64,000 nt of DNA from Octopus vulgaris (lineage: Eukaryota), in NCBI GenBank assembly GCA_951406725.2, contig OX597815.1, forward strand, positions 200,322,001 through 200,386,000, given 5' to 3'. A model generated the notes under the pieces. It had not been told where the DNA came from. It saw only the letters and a program-made list of their open reading frames with translations, and made no database searches. Numbering within the stretch: the first letter of the stretch is position 1; every line of letters starts with the position of its first letter. The translations under genes were made by a program, and so were the position numbers. Of the stretch, positions 13,313-28,464 are shown piece by piece.

Positions 13313-13730
13313 TGCATCCCCTGTGATCATAATATCTCAGCGAAAGAGTTTGACAAGCTCAGAAAATACAAAGACCTACTCATTGAAATTGAGAAAATGT
13401 GGCATCTCAAGGTGGTTACAATACCAGTGATCGTAGGAGCACTAGGAATGATCAAGAAGGGAACCGAAAATTATATGAGAATGATCCCTGGCTTACCATC
13501 CCTGCAAGAAGTGCAAAAGATTGTCTTAACTGGTACATCACACGTATTGAGAAGAGCATTGTCGATGTGAGAACTGTTGCTGCTCATGTATTTTAATTTA
13601 ACTTTAAAAAAAAATAAAAGAAAGAACTACTGAGTTTGGTTTAATGGCCTACCAATGTATACTATGAGTTTCTTTGCCCTAGGAGTCGGGAAGACACTCG
13701 GCAAGAAATGGAAGCAAATTTGAAAGAAGG
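13313..13730 (+). mobile_element. R4/Dong family C 3' fragment
   Basis: Duplicate of 1779-2197. Confidence 0.88.
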
Positions 13731-14093
13731 AAAAAAAAAAAAATAATAATAATAATAATAAACATGGGTGTGCTACACCGAGACACCCATTCAGAAACAA
13801 ATCTAATCTAATAACATCGGCGGAATGAGATAAAGGAGCCTGTGGAAGACTTGAAGGAAGCGGTCTTTTAACAAAAATAATCACAAAAACGTAATTTTAC
13901 TGCTATACAAATCACAGTTTCCCCTAAGCAAGATATCTCAGTGAAACAAGAGCGAAACACACGCGTGAAATCACCACCGAAAAGTTTACAAATTATAAAA
14001 TAGAAATGGAACAAAACAGTAAGTACATAAACTGAGTAATTACTCATATACTCGAATGTCTACACAATGAAAATGATAATAATAGTAATAATA

Positions 14094-14165
<72 letters not shown>

Positions 14166-14495
14166 TCTGTTGTCATAGGTGCCCTGGGAATGATAGCGAA
14201 AGGGGCTGCTTGCTGCCTAACTCAGATACCAAAATGTCAGAAATTCAAAAGATAGTGCTCATGAGAACTGCTCATATCCTACGCAAAATACTCTCTATGT
14301 AATCCGAAAGTTTTAATACAAACATTTTAAAAATTTATGTATTAGACATTCACTAGTACAACACCAAAACAAAAAACCCAAATATATGGCACACTAGGCA
14401 TAACAACAACGTGAACTTCCAACCTGTTGTCTCTTTAGGTCTCTGGGTGAGACTTGGAGCCAACTTGTACAAACATAAAGCAAAAGTCAAACATA

Positions 14496-14496
<1 letters not shown>
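14166..14496 (+). mobile_element. R4/Dong family B short 3' fragment
   Basis: Duplicate of 2631-2961. Confidence 0.88.
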
Positions 14497-14531
<35 letters not shown>

Positions 14532-14534
<3 letters not shown>

Positions 14535-16536
14535 GTATAAGTATGACTGTAAGTATGAGATCATGGAGAACCACACTAACTCTGAACAGTGACAGTGAAT
14601 CCCTAAATGCTGGTGATGTAAAAATTTCGTGTGGCATTTTCCAGGGTGACTCACTGTCACCACTCCTCTTTTGTTTATCCTTAATACCTCTCTCAAAGCT
14701 GCTCAATGATGCGCAGTACGGGTATAAAATGTTTGATAAAAATATAAATCATCTCGTTTACATGGATGATTTAAAGCTTTTGCAAAAAATGATCAACAAC
14801 TCAAGGGCTTACTAGCGATAGTCAAACAATTCAGTGACGACATCAGAATGCAATTCGGCCTCGATAAATGTGCAAAGGCTACCTTTATCAAAGGAAAAAT
14901 GACAGAAACATCTAACGTTAACCTTGACCAACAGAATGTCATAAAAGAACTAGACCCAGCGGAGAGCTACAAGTACCTAGGGATAATTGAAGGGAACGGA
15001 ATAAGGCATTCAGAGATGAAGGAAAGGATCAGGAGAGAATGCTATCGAAGAGTGAGAGCAATACTCAAGACAGAGCTGAATGCAAGAAACAGGATCGAAG
15101 CAATCAATGCATTAGCTATACCAGTCGTGACTTACAGTTTCAATATTGTTAACTGGTCAATTACTGAAATATGTCAGCTCGACAGAAAAATAAGGAAACT
15201 GTTGACAATGCATAGAATGCACCACCCTAAGGCAGATACAGAACGACTCTATCTGCCAAGAAAAGAGGGAGGCCGTGGTCTTTTGCAACTGGCAATAACA
15301 ATGAAGATTGCTACAATTGGCCTAGACACCTACCTGAAAAACTCTGAGGACTGGATGCTAAAACTTGTCTCAAAACATGAAAACAAGAAAGCATCATACT
15401 CAGTCACAAAACAGGCAAAGGAATATCTAAGTGAATTCCGAATACAACCAATTTCGGAATTAGAGATAGATATACAAGAAACAAGCACAGAAAAAGCTAG
15501 GCGCATGAAAACCCGTGCCAAAACTGCGGCCTTAGATATTCTGAATAATAAATGGCAAGAAAAACCTCTCTATGGCAAATACCCAAAGAGAGCGAATAAT
15601 GCAGATATCGACAAAGCCCTGACCCATCAATGGCTAATGGCCTCTGGCTTAAAATCTGAAACAGAGGGGTTTATCATAGCAGCTCAAGATCAATGCCTAC
15701 CAACAAGAAACTACCAGGCCAACATATTAAAGATCAGAAGCAGTCCAACGTGTCGTGTATGCAAGCATCAAAATGAAACCATTGACCATGTGGTCTCCAA
15801 GTGCAGTCTTCTAGCGCCTACAGAGTATCTCAACAGGCACGATAGAGCTGCACAATATATTCACTGGGTAATCTGTAAAAACCTGGATTTGCCCCATGAA
15901 AACAACTGGTGGGAACACAAACCACCCCCAGTGCTTGAAAATGACCACATCTCACTCCTCTGGAACTTCACCATTCAAACTGACAGGAAGATAGATGCAA
16001 ATAGGCCAGACATCATATTGAAAAACTTCAAACAAAGAACCTGCCTCCTCATTGATATGACTGTCCCAATCGATATAAACGTATCTGTCAAGACCTACCA
16101 AAAACTGAGCAAATATAAAGATCTTGAAATAGAAATCAGCAAAATGTGGAAGCTGAAGACTAAAACAATACCTGTTGTCATAGGTGCCCTGGGAATGATA
16201 GCAAAAGGGGCTGATAGCTACCTAACTCAGATACCAGGAAACCCAAAAATGGCAGAAGTTCAAAAGATAGTGCTCATGGGAACTGCTCATATCCTACGCA
16301 AAATACTCTCTATGTAATCTCAAGGTTTAAAACAAACATAATTTTCGGTAAAAAAAAAAAAAAAAAAAACTTTTTTTTTTTTTTTTTAGACATTCATTAG
16401 TACAACATCCCCACCCCCCAAATATATGGCACACTAGGCATAACAACAACATGAACTTCCAACCCTGTTGTCTCTTGAGGTCTCTGGGTGAGACTTGGAG
16501 CCAACTTGTACAAATATAAAGCAAAAGTTAAACATA

Positions 16537-16537
<1 letters not shown>
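14532..16537 (+). mobile_element. R4/Dong family B ~2-kb copy
   Basis: Duplicate of 2997-5006; single frameshift in a T-run near 14779. Confidence 0.93.
14848..16317 (+). CDS. RT C-terminal part + CCHC + RLE endonuclease, family B (489 aa open)
   Basis: FGLDKC, YKYLG, GGRGL, CRVC..HVVSKC, RHD, RPDII..LIDMT, KYKDL, GALG. Confidence 0.88.
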   Translation: MQFGLDKCAKATFIKGKMTETSNVNLDQQNVIKELDPAESYKYLGIIEGNGIRHSEMKERIRRECYRRVRAILKTELNARNRIEAINALAIPVVTYSFNIVNWSITEICQLDRKIRKLLTMHRMHHPKADTERLYLPRKEGGRGLLQLAITMKIATIGLDTYLKNSEDWMLKLVSKHENKKASYSVTKQAKEYLSEFRIQPISELEIDIQETSTEKARRMKTRAKTAALDILNNKWQEKPLYGKYPKRANNADIDKALTHQWLMASGLKSETEGFIIAAQDQCLPTRNYQANILKIRSSPTCRVCKHQNETIDHVVSKCSLLAPTEYLNRHDRAAQYIHWVICKNLDLPHENNWWEHKPPPVLENDHISLLWNFTIQTDRKIDANRPDIILKNFKQRTCLLIDMTVPIDINVSVKTYQKLSKYKDLEIEISKMWKLKTKTIPVVIGALGMIAKGADSYLTQIPGNPKMAEVQKIVLMGTAHILRKILSM

Positions 16538-16578
<41 letters not shown>

Positions 16579-16610
16579 TAATAATAATAATAATGATAAT
16601 AATAATAGTC

Positions 16611-17954
<1,344 letters not shown>

Positions 17955-17978
17955 AAGAAGAAGAAGAAAAAGAAGAAG

Positions 17979-18165
17979 TTGGAAAAGAATCTTCTGTTGA
18001 GCTCAGAAAAAATATCACCTAGGAACAAGAAACATTGTCAGAAGGTTTCTAAGCACTTGAAGGACTACTGAAAACTTGTGGATACCAAAGGTTACATGTA
18101 GTAACCCGCTATCCACATAAATCTTGTCAGGAATGTGATCGAATCTGAGTCAAATCTACAATAAA
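17979..18165 (+). mobile_element. R4/Dong-like family F, old 3' terminal fragment
   Basis: Degenerate ..LGTRNIVRRFLST* (compare LGTAHILRKILSM*) followed by the 3' UTR hairpin. Confidence 0.6.
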
Positions 18166-18174
18166 TAGAAAAGC

Positions 18175-18345
18175 CAGAGGGTGGGGGGAGTCAATTACAT
18201 CGACCTCAGTAGGTGAATGGAACTTATTTTATTGACCTCGAATTGATAAAAGACAAAGCGACAAACTCGACTTCGGCGGATTTTGAAATTAGAACCTGAA
18301 AACGGACGGAATATTGGTAAGCATTCTGTTCGGTGTGCTAACACA
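18175..18345 (-). mobile_element. Nin-domain-like SINE, degenerate
   Basis: ACTTATTTTATTGACC..AAAGACAAAG..CTTCGGCGGATTTTGAA..GCTAAC as in other copies. Confidence 0.65.
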
Positions 18346-18354
18346 TTCAACAGG

Positions 18355-18945
<591 letters not shown>

Positions 18946-19768
18946 GGCAACAGCACTGCCAAATTAGAATAAAATAGACCACCGCTTACGTGTAAAAGCT
19001 GTAAAGGGAAAACGGAGAATATAAAACAGAATGGGTTTTCTCTTTCTTTTCCATAGGATTCGTTAACAGTTGAAGAACTATAAAATTTTTACTTTATAGC
19101 TCGAATGCAATAGATTTCAGGTAAGTGATAAATGGCATAGTATATTCGGCTGCAGCCCTTCGAAAGGTGTTAGCTGTTATAAAATATCCCAGCATTTCGA
19201 TTCTGTCCACACATCGCTTGGTTTCAACTTTCCAAAGTTTTTATTTGCTGCCTATACTAGGAGCAGCAAACTGAGCCACTGTTAGATGCAATGCACATGA
19301 CAGTTTTGTATGAGAAAATCAGTCTTTTTATCGCTGCTTCGCTAATCGAATAAGCGACAGTTATAGAAAAGCTGTGAACAGTAAACTTAAATGGAACTGT
19401 TCTTTGTTGCAAAAGCAATTACAAGTTTCGACCACGGCGTCTGTATCTTAGAATAGTTCTGGTTCTAAGCCATACCTTATACGGAAGAAGTGGAGAACTG
19501 CCTTTCGGATTATCATAATACAAATACAAATGTAATTGCGCTGTGTATAAGGCATAGATGTACTCATAAATATGTACGTATGTGAATACTTATGGATGCG
19601 TATCTGAGCGTGTTAATGTATTTATGTGTATGGTTGTGTACGTATAGGTACACAGACACACGGACATAAATATATTATCAATAATAATAATAATAAAGGG
19701 TAAAATTAATTAATTAACTAGTAATTAATGATTCCACCAAGTAGAATTCACAAACATACGTATATATA

Positions 19769-19878
<110 letters not shown>

Positions 19879-20112
19879 GTGACAGAGGGAGAGGTTATGA
19901 GAGGTAATGGTGTCAATAAAACACAAAGTTGTCAGGTAATGGTGAGCAAGTGCTATGGACAGACCGTAGTTAAGCTCCAGGATCGGTGATTAAGCGAATA
20001 AGGAGTCCAATGCAGGTCATATATCAGAGTGTGTATATATATAAAAAGAAAATTTCAGAATGAGATAAAAAAAAAAACCCAAGGGTGTGAAGATTTTAGA
20101 ACATTCTCATTC

Positions 20113-20180
<68 letters not shown>

Positions 20181-20387
20181 AAGTTAATCCAAACAAGAAA
20201 ACAAAAACAAAAAAAAAACAACGCAAGGACGTGGAACAAATAAAGTATTATTGGACGCTCAGGAAAGAAGGGAAGAAGGAGGGATTAACGTTTCGAGCGG
20301 AGCTCTTCGTCGCAAACATAGGAGAAGGAAAGATCCCGAGAAGGGGAGACGGGAGAAAAATCGCTAGTGATACAGACAAGATCACAT
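20181..20387 (-). mobile_element. Penelope-like short unit (solo pLTR-like) with degenerate minimal hammerhead motif
   Basis: Minus strand TTTGCGACGA-AGAGC-TCC-GCTC-GAAACGTT, then AATAATA and a T-rich tail; (TA)n on both sides. Confidence 0.55.
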
Positions 20388-20878
20388 ATATATATATAGG
20401 TGTGTGTAAATACATATGTGTATATATGTATGTATATGTCTGTATGTATGTATGTAAAGATTTATATTCGAGTGTATATAAGATGTTATACGTAAAGATA
20501 TTTCTATTCTGTACTTTTCCAGATTTAGGAATAATAACAAAAGTAAAAACGTGAGATCGATTGGCAGTTTGTAAGAAACTAGGAACGAAAACTGAGAAAA
20601 TACGAGGAAAACCTGGAGAGAGATGTAGAGAAAAAGAAAGCGATAAAGAAAGAGAGAGAAATATAAGAGGCAGAGAAAAAAAGAGAGCAAACAAGCATAA
20701 AGAGAGACACATAGGGACAACGAATTATTGTGTGTGTGTATTATATCAGGTGTTTTGTGTATGTGTGTGTATGTGTTTGTGTATGCGTGCGTGTTGCAAT
20801 GTGCTTGTCATTGTGTCTGATTGAGAACTGGAGAGATGTAGAACCAAAGAAACAATGACGAGTATCTGGTTCATTTAA

Positions 20879-21020
20879 TCTATATATATAAAACTGAGAA
20901 TGTGTGTCTGTCCGTCTGTCTGTGATTCCATAAAACTTGAGAACTGCACAACCAATTTCATTCAAATTTTACACATGCGTTACTTCGGGTCCGGGGAATG
21001 TCATGGGCAAAAAAAACTTA
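20879..21020 (+). mobile_element. Helitron-like non-autonomous element, 5' fragment
   Basis: A|TCTATATATATAAAA start, GTCT/GTCC microsatellite, then AACTGCACAACCAATTTCATTCAAATTTTACAC; no 3' CTAG end located. Confidence 0.5.
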
Positions 21021-21123
21021 ACTTCTTGTGAGTGATAATAGTGATGGAGAAATGTGTTAAACGTCTGAAGCAGTATAGTTTTAAAATCTGCATGGCTGTA
21101 TGTTGGAGTGCCTCATCACTATG

Positions 21124-21168
<45 letters not shown>

Positions 21169-21199
21169 ACACACACAAATACACAGACACACACATTCT

Positions 21200-21560
21200 T
21201 TTATTCTTTTACTCATTGACACGTTTCAGTCATTTGACTGCAACCATGCCGCAGCACGGCCTTCATTCGAACAAATCAACCCCTGACTTTTTGTCTCGGA
21301 GTCTTTTGTCGAATTGCTAAGCTACGGTGACGTAAACACACCAACATCGGTTATCAAACGATGGCGGGGACAAACGCAAACACGCCGATAAATACACATA
21401 CACTCATAAACACAAACACACACAGGCACACACGCAGCCACACAGACAGACACACAGACAGACAGACAGACACATGCACACACACACACACACACATATA
21501 TATACGACGGTCTTTCAGATTCCACTCACAAGGCTTTGCCCAGCCCGAGGCTATAGTAGA
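21200..21560 (-). mobile_element. OK-like SINE, 5'-truncated
   Basis: TTTCAGTCATTTGACTG..AAACACACCAACATCGGTT..CCACTCACAAGGCTTTG..GGCTATAGTAGA. Confidence 0.75.
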
Positions 21561-21650
21561 TATATATATATAGTAGATATATATATAGTAGTTATATATA
21601 TAGTAGATTTATATTGTAGTTATATATATATATATATGCATATATATATT

Positions 21651-21699
<49 letters not shown>

Positions 21700-22177
21700 A
21701 TAAACGCATCGTTACCTTCAACTGCCTCAAGTTTTTCGAATGTGGCGCAAAACGAATAGATACCTATACCGACACATACTTATAACTACACGTATAAAAG
21801 CGTTTAGATAACTCTACACCCATTTATTTTAAAATGTAATACACACACACACACACACACATGTACGTATGTAATTTATCTATGCTTAAATACTCACACA
21901 GGTACACGCATAGACTTATCTAAGTGTCCCATTATATTTCAATAACATCATTTCGGCAAATATCTTCGAAAAAGTCCCATCATATTTTACCACAAACGTA
22001 TAAACAGTTGCTTCAATGGTCGACCGAAGGTGAGGTTTAATGACGCTATTAACTGATACATGGTCTGGCCTGGTCCAATAGAAACTATACTATTTCGGAT
22101 GTATTCATCCGTGTATACATGGACATATTAGATATATGGATGGAAAGATAATTTCGCTCAACAAATACACGAAACAC

Positions 22178-22246
<69 letters not shown>

Positions 22247-22476
22247 CATCCATCCATCTATCTACACACACACACTCACTAACACACTCACACACACACA
22301 CACATACACACACAAACACAAACACACATGTATACATACATATATGTATCAATTTATCTATATTTATAATACATATACATGTATATCTATGTAGGGTTAT
22401 ATATAAATGTATATATATGTATATGTATATGGAGTTGTATATATGTATGTATACATATGTATCAAGATGCATGCAT

Positions 22477-22534
<58 letters not shown>

Positions 22535-22688
22535 TAGTTTGAGTATTGCACATATTTATATTTCTGTATATGTACATATGTCTGTGTATATAATTGAAAG
22601 TTAGTTGTAACAAATATTACGCATGCACACCTACCTCCGTTTTTACTTTCGCATATAGAAGCACACACACTCACACACATTCAAACTG

Positions 22689-22763
<75 letters not shown>

Positions 22764-22775
22764 GTATATATATAT

Positions 22776-22808
<33 letters not shown>

Positions 22809-22871
22809 AACATACATGTATACATATATACATACATGTGTGCATAGCTACGAACGAAAATACATAAATAG

Positions 22872-22902
<31 letters not shown>

Positions 22903-23569
22903 AAATATATATATATATATGAAACTGTGTGTGTGTGTGTGTGTGTGTGTGCTTGTTAGTATTTGCGTATATGCGCTTGGTCAGGTGCTTTATTTCTCTA
23001 TCTGCATGAGTGTGTGGATATGTGTGTACGAGTGTATATGCATGTGTGTACGTGTGTGCGTGTGGGTGTGGGTATGTATGGTAAGAACTGGTAGGTTCCA
23101 TTGATAGGAAACCCAGTAAGTAACTTGTATAGTCATATAAATTCTTTTATACTATTATACTTAATATTGATCTGTCTGGAACTGGAAGTGATTTTCCTGT
23201 TTGTGTACAATAGAAGTTGAATGGTAATGATGATGATGATGATGATGATGATGATAATGATAATGATAATTATGATGATAATGATGGTTGTGGTAATGAT
23301 ACTGATGATAATAATTATCATGATGATGATGACGATAATTTAATAATTTTGTTATAATTATATAAATAACAAAACTCTTATTAACAGAAACTCTTATTAG
23401 TAATGTTAATGCTAATGTTATTAACATATTTTTTTCTCATGAATAATAATGATGTTGAAAGACGATGATGATGATGATGATGATGAGGTGGATGTTGGTA
23501 ATGATGATGATGATGATGATGATGATGAATACTTTCTACTGGAAATGACGAAGGTAATAACAATGCTTT

Positions 23570-23759
23570 CTTCTTTGGAGATTGGAGATAAGTCGATTAT
23601 ATAGACCCCAGAATTTCACTGCTACTTAATTTATCGACGTGGACAGGATGAAAGGCAAAGTCGTCTTCGGTGGAATTTGAAATCGAAGCAAAAAAAACGT
23701 GCGAAATGTCGCTCAGCATTTTGCTCGGCGTGCTGACGATTCTGCCAGCCCGCCGTCTT
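23570..23759 (-). mobile_element. Nin-domain-like SINE
   Basis: TACTTAATTTATCGAC..GGATGAAAGGCAAAGTCG..GATTCTGCCAGCCCGCCG. Confidence 0.75.
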
Positions 23760-23781
23760 AATCAATAATGGTAATTATACA

Positions 23782-23821
<40 letters not shown>

Positions 23822-24247
23822 GTTCTCTTTTACTTGCTTCAGTCATTTGACTGTGGCCATGCTGTAGCACTGTCTTTAGTCGATCAAATCGACCCCAGGA
23901 CTTCTTCTTTCTAAGCCTAGTACTTATTCTATCGGTCTCCTTTGCCGAACCACTAATTTACGGGTTACGTAAACATACCAGCACCGGTTATCAAGCGATG
24001 TTGGGGGTACAAACTGAGATACACAAACGCACAAACACACACACACACACACACATATATATACACATATATAGATGCATATATACAACGGGATTCTTTC
24101 AGTTTCCGTCTATCAAATTCACTCACAAAGCTTTGGTGGGCCTGAGGTTATAGTAGAAGACAGTTGCCCAAGGTGCCACGCAGTGGGACTGAACCCGGAA
24201 TCATGTGGTTGGTAAGCAAGCTACTTATCACACAGCCACTCCTGCAC

Positions 24248-24248
<1 letters not shown>
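23822..24248 (-). mobile_element. OK-like SINE, full length, inserted in (CTA)n
   Basis: Full family match; (CTA)n on both sides. Confidence 0.85.
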
Positions 24249-24298
<50 letters not shown>

Positions 24299-24349
24299 AT
24301 AATAATAATAATAATGATAATAATGATAATAATAATAATAATAATAATA

Positions 24350-24800
24350 GCGATTTCATTTATTTGACACCAGGGCGAAGGATGTGGTGACAATACAAGG
24401 GCACAAATGATAAAAGACTGACACAAACGAAAAAATAAACGTAATAGTAATATTAATAATAGACATATAGAATCCACTTCAGCACGAAATAGTCCGGGGC
24501 AGCCACAAATTGGAAAAGCATTGACTGTACTATTCTATTTTGAAGTAGGTTGTACCGCATACCAATAAGAACCCCGTCCCACTCTAACATAGCCATTACT
24601 CTGACCTGCTCCCAGTAGGATGTAGTTCTGTGACCCTCACTTGGTGACCTAAGGTGCCATACGTCTGAGTATCGTCACAAACTGCTCGGAAATGCACTTT
24701 GTTGCAGATATCCTTCGAGTGTCATGTTCGCTGTTGCTATTACAGTTCAGTTTTGCTTTCCTCATTTAATATAAACTAAAGAAGGTAGAACATCTAAATC
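24350..24800 (-). mobile_element. Probable L1/Tx1-like LINE 3' end
   Basis: Tail CATCCTTCGCCCTGGTGTCAAATAAATGAAATC..(ATT)n matches the tail at 26875-26907; inner boundary uncertain. Confidence 0.5.
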
Positions 24801-24862
24801 ATTTCTCGATTCGGCAGAGGATTGTTTGTATTCTTCCTATCCGTCTATTTGCCACACATCTA

Positions 24863-25644
24863 AAATATGTTTCTTATTTTGCCACATAGCGTTTCCTGTT
24901 CTGAGAATGACATGACTCCAGGGCAAATAATAATTCTTTTATATTTTTCAAAGCGTTTTATATTTTTCAAAGACTTCCACAGAAGGCGAAATCCATTGAT
25001 TAGTGGCGTGCACGAACGATGCTTTTGTTTCATTTTATGTCGTCTTTAATATCGCTAATGCTGTCCTTGTAGATTTTTTTTCTGTAATTTTCCTTGTCAT
25101 TTTCTTTGTTCTTGATGTTATTTCTGTGGTGATGCTGATACTGGTAGGCATAGTAGTCGATATTGCTATAGTTAATGATGTTACTGCTGGTGTTGGCGCC
25201 GTACATGTTGCCGCTTATTGTTTCTGCTGATTATTTCATCATTGCTAGTGGCGTTCTTGCTACTAATACTATTGGAGTTGTTGAAATTCATAGTAATGAT
25301 CATAGTCTTATTGATGACGTCCACGTTGTGGTTATTACTGTTCTTTAAATGTTTTTAGATACTCTGTCTTTTCCACTATAGTTACCACCTCATTTTGATA
25401 ACTTGCTGGTGGACTTCTACTGTCAAAGTTGTTTAAGCACACAGTAGGAATACGGGAAAATATAATTTCTCCGGTAACCACTCCTCCATTTTAACTTTTA
25501 CTGGCCAACTTGTGAGAAAAGTGTTCGACAAAGAATGTATTATTCGCATATTTAGGAAATAACTCACAAACAATTTTTCCAGAGTGGACGTCACTTGTCG
25601 GAATAAAGAAAATAATAATCATAATAATAATGATGAGGAGGATA

Positions 25645-25705
<61 letters not shown>

Positions 25706-26538
25706 TAATAATAACAATAATAAACAATAATGTGTGATGGTTGCAAGTGAAAGGGCTGATGACAGACTAATTAATCGACTTTTTCTGGTTTGTCTGGGGA
25801 AAAAAGCTATTGGCGAAACGAAAGGAAAATGTTTAGAGAAAGATGAGAGTAGAGAGGAAATTTGATGGATGTATTGAGAGTGATACAAGTGAATGGACAT
25901 GTGTTAAACGTAAACCTAAAGGCTCAAAAATTACTGCAACGAGATAGTACTTGCCATGGTACACCTTGTGATCACGGTGAGTCAGGATGCGTGGGATACC
26001 TAGTTCGCTTCTAGGTTGAGTATTCCGAGTAGAAGGGAATATTTTGATATAATTTTCTTAATTTTCATTCTTTTATTGTTTACACTTGTTTTTTATAACT
26101 TACCACTGTCCTTTACCCAAGTATTAACTGTTTTTGCTATACTAGTGACGAATGTGTGGCGAAAGATGCTGTCCGGTGGTCGAGGCTGAAAGGCATGAGG
26201 ACAGATACATTCCTCTTTTGCAGAGGTCTCATTGACTTCTTCAAGTTTCACTTGAAGAAAAACTCGAGAATGAGTGGGAAGTGCTGTCCTCGAGTGAGTT
26301 TATTAAAAGGTGTGTGAAAGTTGCAAAAATAGCAAGAGCGTAACATCTCTTATGCTACACTCACTCTAGGAGGCTAGGTGTGTTTCTGTGAGTGATTGGA
26401 GTCAATGGATTTCGCCTTCTGAGGAAGTCTTTGAAAGATATAAAACGCTATGAAAAATATAAAAGAATTATTATTTGCCCTGGAGTCATGTCATTCTCAG
26501 AACAGGAAACGCTATGTGGCAAAATAAGAAACATATTT
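24863..26538. repeat. 137-bp inverted repeat pair (24863-24999 and 26402-26538)
   Basis: Reverse complement aligns without gaps, about 3 mismatches. Confidence 0.93.
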
Positions 26539-26907
26539 GTTTTGATTATACAAATTCCCATACGACATAAATATTATCCACTCGGATTGTGTATCTTTGC
26601 ATCTCTAAGTGTAGATCTCTAAGTCGGAGAAAGGGAATTGGAGAGGTCACATGCTCTTGGTGTTCAGGGAGATCTTGGAGAGTGAGTCTCTTCGGTTATC
26701 CCTAGACGTCATCCTGTATCAGGGGATCTACGTCTCTACCCACCTTTTTTTGTTAACCCTTGTATACTATGTGTATTTCTCTTCCTTTTCACTGTATATT
26801 TTATTATTTATTTATTTCATCATTTCTTTATATGTAAACCCCTACACTTTATGTCTGTTTCGTATTGCCTTCCTCATCCTTCGCCCTGGTGGCAAATAAA
26901 CGAAATC
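26150..26907 (+). mobile_element. L1/Tx1-like LINE 3' end, interrupted by a ~250-bp insertion
   Basis: VAKDAVRWSRLKG..LIDFFKFHLKK resembles a Tx1 ORF2 C-terminus; tail GCAAATAAACGAAATC(ATT)n. Confidence 0.55.
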
Positions 26908-26929
26908 ATTATCATTATTATTATTATAA

Positions 26930-26959
26930 CTACTAGAAGTAGAAGCAACAGCAGTGGTT

Positions 26960-27004
<45 letters not shown>

Positions 27005-27211
27005 TTTGTGGTGGTTGTGGTAGTAGTAGTGGTTGTGGTGTTTGGGGTAGTAGTAGCATCATCATCATCATCAGCAGCAATATCAGCAGCAATAGCAGCA
27101 GCAGTAGTAGTAGTAGAAGCATCAGTAGTAGTAGTTGTAGTAGAAGTAGTAGTAGTAGGAGTAGTAGTAGCATCAGCATCAGCAGTAATAGTAGTAGTTG
27201 TAGAAGTAGTA

Positions 27212-27242
<31 letters not shown>

Positions 27243-27336
27243 CAGTAGTAGTAGTAGTAGTAGTTGTAGTAAAAGTAGTACTAGTAGTAGTAATAAAAGT
27301 AGTAGTAGTAGTAGTAGTAGTAGTAGCAGCAGCAAC

Positions 27337-27400
<64 letters not shown>
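26930..27400. repeat. Long compound (AGT)n/(AGC)n microsatellite
   Basis: Seen directly. Confidence 0.97.
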
Positions 27401-28079
27401 AAAGTAAAAGTGGTAGATTAATTTGCAAATTCTACTCTAGCAATTAAGTAAGCTAATTTCTCTATAGTAGATTGAAATGCATCAAGGATGGCGCTCCAGC
27501 TGTGGTCGTCGTCCAATGACTCGGACCTACGGAAGATAAATGTACAATTTGTCCTTCAGTAACAGTACTACAGTTTACGCATGTATTCTTCCGTGCAATT
27601 ACAAATTAAGAAGTACAATTTAATATGTTAAGTGGTTTGATGCATTTCTTTACACAAAAATCGATTTGTAGGAGAAACCAGAAACCAAGAAGCCGAGAAA
27701 CCAAGGCGTAAACGAATGCAATATGATACATCAACGCATAAAACTCCTTCTCGCCGTTCTCTTAACATATCTGTAAAATAAGTAAAGCCAAGCTGAAGTG
27801 AAAACTAGAAAAATATTCCGATTATACGCATTCCACTTTGCGTCATAGATTAGTCCTGTTACTACAATGACAAATATTAGTATATGTTTCTTTATTAGCC
27901 ATACAGGGCTGAACACAGACAGGACAAATTACAAAGTAGAGCTTTTCGTTTTGGGGCGAAAAAAATGTGGGGTAGGTTTTCGATCAAAAGGGATCGTAGA
28001 AAGGGAAGAAACAATATGTGATTATCAAAACAAAGATGTATGTCGGGACGTTGCTCCCGGTGCATTAATTACGCGAGGG

Positions 28080-28464
28080 TGGAGGCGCAATGGCCCAGTG
28101 GTTAGGGCAGCGGACTCGCGGTCGTAGGATCGCGGTTTCGATTCCGAGACCGGGCGTTGTGAGTGTTTATTGAGCGAAACCACCTAAAAGCTCCACGAGG
28201 CTCCGGCAGGGATGGTGGTGATCCCTGCTGTACTCTTTCACCACAACTTACTCTCACTCTTACTTCCTGTTTCCCTTGTACCTGTATTTCAAAGGGCCAG
28301 CCTTGTCACTCTCTGTGTCACGCTGAATATCCCCGAGATCTACGTTAAGGGTACACGTGTCTGTGGAGTGTTCAGCCACTTACACGTTAATTTCACGAGC
28401 AGGCTGTTCCGTGGATTGGGATCAACCGGAACCCTCGTCGTCGTAACCGACGGAGTGCTTCCAC
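28080..28464 (+). mobile_element. tRNA-Arg-derived SINE (OR1-like), full length
   Basis: A box TGGCCCAGTGG, anticodon-like CTCGC, B box GTTTCGATTCC; 13-bp TSD AATTACGCGAGGG (28067-79, 28465-77). Confidence 0.9.

Noticed and set aside
24863-26538. 1.7-kb DNA transposon with 137-bp TIRs
   Set aside because: No TSD at the outer ends, and the right arm lies inside a separately bounded insertion within a LINE fragment.
28080-28155. tRNA-Arg gene (also 30407, 47468, 48300, 54688)
   Set aside because: SINE heads continuing into shared bodies, most with clear TSDs; no clean acceptor stem.
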